DNA of 64,000 nucleotides from Candidatus Latescibacterota bacterium (GTDB lineage Bacteria; Latescibacterota; UBA2968; UBA8231): NCBI GenBank assembly GCA_965248355.1, contig OZ252098.1, positions 2,080,001 to 2,144,000 of the forward strand, read 5' to 3'. Shown piece by piece: positions 58,647 to 64,000 of this stretch (position 1 is its first letter; each line of letters starts with the position of its first letter). The notes under the pieces were generated by a model. It saw only the letters and a program-made list of their open reading frames with translations, ran no database searches and was not told where the DNA came from. The position numbers and the translations under genes were made by a program.

Positions 58647-61063
58647 TAGCCGATCCTCCTTCGCCTGCGATCGCCCCGCTCGAAGCGGATCTGGGGGATG
58701 TCCTTGAGCTGCGCCTTGAAGTAGAAGGCGCGGTCCTCGGCGAAGCGGCTGGGTTCGACGTTCAGGGTGGCCGTCCAGTCGTGGAAGGAGCGCTGCAGAG
58801 ACAGGAGCTCGGCGGTGACCCGTCCGCTGTCGAAGAAGGGGGAGCCCGGGGCCCGGAGGTCGTAGCTCAGCGAATAGTCGAGGTGCCAGACGCCGGCCAG
58901 GCGGCCTCCGACGGAGGCTCGCAGCCAGGAGCGCTCGAGGTCCCCCGCGGACCGGCGCTGGCGGGAGTAGTAGTGGCCGACCTGGAGCCGCCGGCCCGGT
59001 CCCCGCCGGATGTCCTGCTGCAGGCCGTTCTCGTATCCGAATCCCCCGCCCGCCCGGGTGGCGCCGTAGGGCTCGTAGCCGGATCTCCCGCCCGGCCCCA
59101 TGGCGCCGTAGGGAGACCCCCGCTCCTGCCCGGGATCCCGTTGGGCGCCGGCGGGGCTCGAGGTCAGGCGGAGAGTGGTATTGACCTCGAACCGGCGGAT
59201 GCGGGGCGGGATCAGTTCCTGCTCGTCGTCGTAGAACTCCGAGCGCAGGCTCAGCCGCGTGCTCAGGCGCCGGCCCGCATCCAGGTTGAGGCTGCTGACC
59301 AGGTCCGAGAGAGGCCGCCCCGGCCGGTCGAAGTCGTACGACGTGGACAGGTTCAGCTGGGCCAGGCGATGCTTCAGCTCCTCCTCCCCCTCGCCCCGGA
59401 GCAGCTTGACCCAGAACGTGTTGGAGAGCCGCAAGCGCAGACTGCGCCGGGCGCGCCAGTCGCCGGCCCGCCCGCGAAAGCCGAGGCCGCCGCTGTCGGC
59501 GCGGCTGGCGCTGAAGGTGAATCCGGCGTCCGGCTTGAGCACGTGCCGCAACGCCGTCACCGCTCCCAGGCCCGGGTGGAACAACCCGTAGAGCGTCTGT
59601 GACAGGGCCGCCGATGCCTGCAGCTGATCGCTGCGCAGGCCCACGGCGTCGCCGTCGCGCAGGTCCTGGTCGCGCCAGGCGCTGCTCACCGAGCCATTGA
59701 GATTGAGCCAGCTCACCGGGCGCTGCTGGGAGGACAGGCGCAGGTTGGCTTGGCCGCTGGTGCGCTCGGTGCGCGACCCGGAGGTGTGCCGGCGCGTGTT
59801 CCGCAGGCGGAGGCTGCCGTCGTAGAAGATGCGCGACGTCCAGCGCCGCCGGCCTGCGGCCTCGCCCCCCGGGGCCTGGAACAGGGCCCTGCGGTTCGAT
59901 CGCAGGCTGATCTCGGGCAGCACCACATCGGAGCGGCCGGAGTCCAGGTTCTTCGTCCGGCTGGCGCCGGCGCTCAGCGACCAGCCCGCCTCCCTCCAGC
60001 GCCGGTCGTAGCGGATGTTGGAGCGCAGGGTCCGCTGCAGCCGGTCGCCGAGGCCGGTGGCGTTGTTGCGCAGGAAGTCCCGGTCGCTCACGAAGGTCCC
60101 CGAGGCGCGCAGGCTCGAGGCCGGACCGAGATCCTGGCGGTGACCGCCGGACAGCCACCAGGACCAGCTGGTGCGGTCGCCCGACTGGAAGCTCTGCAGG
60201 CGGGTCTGCAGCCGGCCGTCGAAGTGGTATCGCCGGGCGTAGGCCAGGGCGCCCCGGGCGAGCCACCCCGAGCGCTGGCGCAGGTCGGCCGCCAGGGTCA
60301 GGTCCCAGTAGTCGCTGGGAGCGAAGTAGTATCCGAGATCCCGCACCTCCCACTCGGTGAGGCCGCTGCCGTACGAGACCGGCCGCCGTCCGAACCCCGG
60401 GGTGAGCACCCCCGACTGGCGGTCCTCGCGCAGGGAGAACACGTAGAAGGGAACCCAGAACAGCTTCCGCTCGGCAACGCGGAAGTAGACGGGCCGGGCG
60501 ATGGCCATGTCCCCCACCAGGACCTTGATGCGGGGGCTGTAGAAGTCGAAGTGGGGCTCCTCCTCGTCGCAGGTCGTGTACGACCCGGAGCGCACCTGGA
60601 ACTCCTCCTCCGAGCGGGTCCGGATGCGCCGGCCCGCGTAGAAGCCGTCGCCGTGACCGATGCGGCCGTCGCGGATCAGGCCCTCGCCGGACTCGGTGTC
60701 GTACACGATGGACTCCCCCGTGAGCACGTCGTCGCCGCGGGTCAGGGTGGGGATCCCGAAGGGCCGGCCGGCGCTGTCCACCCCCGCCCGGGCGACGACG
60801 ACGCGGCGGTCTCTCAGGTATACCATCTGGGCCGACTCCAGCCGGGCCCCGCGGTGCTCGACCACGGCGTGGCCGTCGAGCAGGATGGAGTCCTGCTCGA
60901 CGTAGTCCACGTAACGGTCGGCCCGGTAGACGAAGCCGCCCTCCGGCGCCCTCTGCAGCAGTTGCTGGAGGCGGGTCAGCTCCGCGTCGGGCTCCCCCGC
61001 CGCGGCGGCGGCGGCGGTGAACAGCGCCGCCACCGGGCTGCGGAGTCGGCCCCGTTTCCTCAA
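58646..61063 (-). CDS. LptD-like LPS-assembly outer membrane protein
   Basis: OstA-like N-terminus, GSYTTCD...PHF.F, ARPV, R.SGVL.PGFG, LGYYFA.SDYWD; long beta-barrel region. Confidence 0.85.
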   Translation of the reverse strand: MRKRGRLRSPVAALFTAAAAAAGEPDAELTRLQQLLQRAPEGGFVYRADRYVDYVEQDSILLDGHAVVEHRGARLESAQMVYLRDRRVVVARAGVDSAGRPFGIPTLTRGDDVLTGESIVYDTESGEGLIRDGRIGHGDGFYAGRRIRTRSEEEFQVRSGSYTTCDEEEPHFDFYSPRIKVLVGDMAIARPVYFRVAERKLFWVPFYVFSLREDRQSGVLTPGFGRRPVSYGSGLTEWEVRDLGYYFAPSDYWDLTLAADLRQRSGWLARGALAYARRYHFDGRLQTRLQSFQSGDRTSWSWWLSGGHRQDLGPASSLRASGTFVSDRDFLRNNATGLGDRLQRTLRSNIRYDRRWREAGWSLSAGASRTKNLDSGRSDVVLPEISLRSNRRALFQAPGGEAAGRRRWTSRIFYDGSLRLRNTRRHTSGSRTERTSGQANLRLSSQQRPVSWLNLNGSVSSAWRDQDLRDGDAVGLRSDQLQASAALSQTLYGLFHPGLGAVTALRHVLKPDAGFTFSASRADSGGLGFRGRAGDWRARRSLRLRLSNTFWVKLLRGEGEEELKHRLAQLNLSTSYDFDRPGRPLSDLVSSLNLDAGRRLSTRLSLRSEFYDDEQELIPPRIRRFEVNTTLRLTSSPAGAQRDPGQERGSPYGAMGPGGRSGYEPYGATRAGGGFGYENGLQQDIRRGPGRRLQVGHYYSRQRRSAGDLERSWLRASVGGRLAGVWHLDYSLSYDLRAPGSPFFDSGRVTAELLSLQRSFHDWTATLNVEPSRFAEDRAFYFKAQLKDIPQIRFERGDRRRRRIG

Positions 61064-61815
61064 GGGGTGGCGCCGCCGCCGCGCTGGCGGAAGACCTCGT
61101 ACAGGGCGATGCCGGCGGCGACCGAGGCGTTCAGCGAGCCCGCCTCCTCGCGGCCCGCCGGGATGCGGGCCAGGAAGTCGCAGCTCCGCCGGACCAGCGG
61201 CCGCAGACCTCGCCCCTCGGCGCCGACGACGAGCGCTCCGGAACCGGTGAAGTCGAGGCAGTGGAAGAGGCGGTCGCCGCCGGCGTCGAGGCCGGTGACC
61301 CACAGGCCCGCGCGGCGGGCCTCGTCGAGGGCGCTGCGCAGGTTGGCCACCCGGCAGAGCGGCAACTGCTCGGCGGCCCCGGCGGCGGCCTTGGCCGCGG
61401 CCGGGGTCAGCCCCACGCCCCCGCGGCGGGGGATGACGGCGGCGTCGGCCCCCAGGGCGTGGGCGGTCCGCAGGATGGCCCCGAGGTTGTGCGGATCCTG
61501 AATGCTGTCGAGGAAGACCAGGAAACCGCGCTCCCGCGCCCCGGACAGGACCTGCCCGAAGTCGGCGTAGGAGCGGACCCCCAGCACCGCCACGACGCCC
61601 TGGTGATTCCCCCCTCCGGCCAGGCGGTCCAGGGCAGGGCGGTCGCGCACGTCCACGGGCACCCCGAGGCGGCGGCCGCAGTCGCGGATCTCCTCCATCA
61701 CCCCGCCGTGGCCGCCGCGCGCCAGGAACAGGCGATGGACCGGGCGCTCCGACCTAAGCGCCGCGAGCACGGGGCGCCGGCCGAAAAGGACGTCCTCCGC
61801 GCAGGGGAGGCTCAC
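61060..61815 (-). CDS. rlmB: 23S rRNA (Gm2251) methyltransferase RlmB (SpoU family)
   Basis: FGRRPV, NHQGVVA, DPHNLGAILRTA, GAEGRGL, SLNASVA; start approximate. Confidence 0.92.
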   Translation of the reverse strand: MSLPCAEDVLFGRRPVLAALRSERPVHRLFLARGGHGGVMEEIRDCGRRLGVPVDVRDRPALDRLAGGGNHQGVVAVLGVRSYADFGQVLSGARERGFLVFLDSIQDPHNLGAILRTAHALGADAAVIPRRGGVGLTPAAAKAAAGAAEQLPLCRVANLRSALDEARRAGLWVTGLDAGGDRLFHCLDFTGSGALVVGAEGRGLRPLVRRSCDFLARIPAGREEAGSLNASVAAGIALYEVFRQRGGGATP

Positions 61816-61843
61816 GGCGGCGGAAGGCCGGCGCAGGGCACGG

Positions 61844-64000
61844 TCAGGACCGCTCTCCGGACACCGCGTCCGCCTGCTGCCGCCACCGACCCAGCAGCGC
61901 CAGGGCCTCCATGGGCGTGGTGCCGTCCAGATCGAGCTCCCGCAGCTCCTGCAGCATCCGGGAGGCCTCCGGCGGCGGCCGCTGGCCGAAGAGATCCATC
62001 TGGGAGGTATCCACGGGCCGTCCGCCGCTCCCGGGGGAGGCGGTGTCCCCCTGCTCGAGGCCCGCGAGGATCTCCTGGGCCCGGCGCAGCACGGCGCCGG
62101 GCATACCCGCCATGCGGGCCACGTGAATCCCGTAGCTGCGGTCGCAGGGGCCGGGGGCGAGGCGGTGGAGGAAGAGGATCCGGTCTCCCTCCTCGCGCAC
62201 CTGGACGTTGACGTTGCGCACCCGGTCCAGGCGGCCCTCCAGCTGCGTGAGCTCATGGTAGTGGGTGGCGAACAGCGTTCGGGGCCGGGCCAGGCCGTTG
62301 TCGTGGAGGTACTCGACGACGGCCCAGGCGAGGCTGAGCCCGTCGTAGGTGCTGGTGCCGCGGCCGAGCTCGTCCATCAGGATCAGGCTGCGGGGACCGG
62401 CGTTGTTGAGGATCGTGGAGGCCTCGTTCATCTCCACCATGAAGGTGCTCTCGCCCCGGGCGAGGTCATCGGAGGCGCCCACGCGGGTGAAGACCCGGTC
62501 CACGACCCCGACCCGGGCGCGGCGGGCGGGCACGAAGGCGCCCAACTGGGCGAGCACCACGATGAGCCCCACCTGGCGGATGATGGTCGACTTGCCGGCC
62601 ATGTTCGGTCCCGTGACCAGGAGGACCTGGTCGCCGTCGCAGTCGAGCCGCACGTCGTTGGGCACGAACCGGCCCTGCGGCAGCCGGCCCTCGACGACCG
62701 CATGGCGCCCCCCCTCGATCTCGATGACCTCGCCGTCGTCGACGAGGGGACGCACGTAGTCCCCGGCCACCGCCGCCTCGGCCAGCCCGGCGAGCACGTC
62801 GACGGCGGCCACCACCGCCGCGGCCTGCTGCACCTCGGCGGAGAACCGCGCCGCCTGATCGCGCAGATCGGCGAACAGCTCGGCCTCGAGGGCGCCGATG
62901 CGCTCGTCGGCCTGCAGGACCTTGGCCTCCTGCTCCTTCAGCTCGGGGGTGACGAAGCGCTCGGCGTTGGCCAGCGTCTGCTTGCGCGTGTAGTCCCCGG
63001 GCACGCGCTCCAGGTTCGCCTTGCTCACCTCGATGTAGTATCCGAAGACCTGGTTGAAACCGATCTTGAGGCTGCCGATCCCGGTGCGCCGGCGCTCGTC
63101 CGCCTGCAGCCGGGCGATCCACCGGCGTCCGCCGGAGGAGATCCCGCGCAGCTCGTCGAGGCCGGCGTCGTAGCCCTCGCGGATGACGCCGCCGTCGCCC
63201 ACGATGGCGGGGGGATCGTCCACCAGGCCCTTGCGCACCAGGGAGACGAGGGGTCCCAGGTCGGGCAGGTCGGGGCCGCAGAGTTGGCGCAGCAACTCGG
63301 CGTCGAAGGCCCCGGCCACGGCGGCGATGTCGGGAACGGCCTCCAGGGAGGAGGCCAGGCCGGCCAGGTCCCGGGGGGTGCCGCGGCGGCAGCAGAGGCG
63401 CGCCATCATTCGCTCCACGTCGCCGACGCGCTCCAGCTGTTCCCGCAGGCGGGCCCGCTCCGGACGCAGGGCGGCGAGGGCCCCCACGGCGTCGTGGCGG
63501 CGGCCGATCTCGGCGGGGTCCCGGAGAGGGGCGACCAGCCACCGCCGCAGCCGCCGGGCCCCCATGGGTGTGCACGTGCGGTCGATAACCTCCAGAAGCG
63601 ATCCCTCGCGGCCCCCGTCGTGCTGGTTGACGAGCAGCTCGAGGTTGCGCTGGGCGGTGGCGTCGAGGAGCAGGCAGCTCTCCCGGCGGCGCCGGCGCAG
63701 CCGCTGCACGTGCCCCACCGAGGAACGCTGGTTCTCGCGCAGGTAGGCGACGGCGGCGCCCGCGGCCCGCACGCCCAGGTCGAGGTCCTCGCAGTCGTAC
63801 CCCTTCAGGGAGCGGACGCCGAGCTGCTCCAGAAGCGCCTGGCGGGCCGTGTGGTATTCGAAGCGCCAGTCGTCGATGCGGGTGACGGCGGCCCCGGGCA
63901 GGGCCCGCTTCAGCCGCTCGAGACGGCTCGCCTCGAAGCCCTCGCCGACGACGAGCTCCGCCGGGGCCGAGCGTTCCAGCTCGTCGTCCAGGTCGGAGCC
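61844..64000 (-). CDS. mutS: DNA mismatch repair protein MutS (5' part beyond the window)
   Basis: RNLEL, TPMGARRL, RKQTL.NAERF.TPEL, TGPNMAGKST, GESTFMVEM, DELGRGTSTYDG, FATHYHEL, SYGIHVA; frame open to the window edge. Confidence 0.97.
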   Translation of the reverse strand, partial: GSDLDDELERSAPAELVVGEGFEASRLERLKRALPGAAVTRIDDWRFEYHTARQALLEQLGVRSLKGYDCEDLDLGVRAAGAAVAYLRENQRSSVGHVQRLRRRRRESCLLLDATAQRNLELLVNQHDGGREGSLLEVIDRTCTPMGARRLRRWLVAPLRDPAEIGRRHDAVGALAALRPERARLREQLERVGDVERMMARLCCRRGTPRDLAGLASSLEAVPDIAAVAGAFDAELLRQLCGPDLPDLGPLVSLVRKGLVDDPPAIVGDGGVIREGYDAGLDELRGISSGGRRWIARLQADERRRTGIGSLKIGFNQVFGYYIEVSKANLERVPGDYTRKQTLANAERFVTPELKEQEAKVLQADERIGALEAELFADLRDQAARFSAEVQQAAAVVAAVDVLAGLAEAAVAGDYVRPLVDDGEVIEIEGGRHAVVEGRLPQGRFVPNDVRLDCDGDQVLLVTGPNMAGKSTIIRQVGLIVVLAQLGAFVPARRARVGVVDRVFTRVGASDDLARGESTFMVEMNEASTILNNAGPRSLILMDELGRGTSTYDGLSLAWAVVEYLHDNGLARPRTLFATHYHELTQLEGRLDRVRNVNVQVREEGDRILFLHRLAPGPCDRSYGIHVARMAGMPGAVLRRAQEILAGLEQGDTASPGSGGRPVDTSQMDLFGQRPPPEASRMLQELRELDLDGTTPMEALALLGRWRQQADAVSGERS

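Overview
High-GC bacterial chromosome segment. An FCB-superphylum lineage (Latescibacterota/Gemmatimonadota-like, possibly host-associated) is inferred from a PorZ-like gene, FlgD-Ig/T9SS-type C-terminal sorting domains and FN3/cadherin giant proteins. The left part (about 2-16 kb) is an accessory island bracketed by two copies of the cusA 3' end. It holds a formerly continuous gene of about 3,012 codons for a secreted protein (Vps62/NLP-like N-terminus, beta-helix caps, FN3 and cadherin repeats, sorting domain). That gene is now broken by an IS256, an IS3, a 1-bp deletion and an in-frame TGA. Next come a cusCBA-type Cu/Ag efflux operon preceded by a Cys-rich secreted leader ORF whose stop codon is directly followed by an anti-Shine-Dalgarno arm, an AAA ATPase, vapBC, a PPP-type phosphatase, a LolA-like/ABC export cluster, and phosphatase, uxuA, SMUG1 and YfcE genes. 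The right half is a long minus-strand core run: mutS (partial), rlmB, lptD-like, IS630, dtd, an in-frame maf-rodZ fusion, priA, porZ-like, DUF4159, DUF4175, TPR, a conserved FCB protein, moxR, DUF58, then sufB-C-D-S-U-sufT-like-rrf2 with a highly structured sufB-sufC spacer. No rRNA, tRNA or CRISPR array was seen. All family calls are from motif recognition; no database searches were run.
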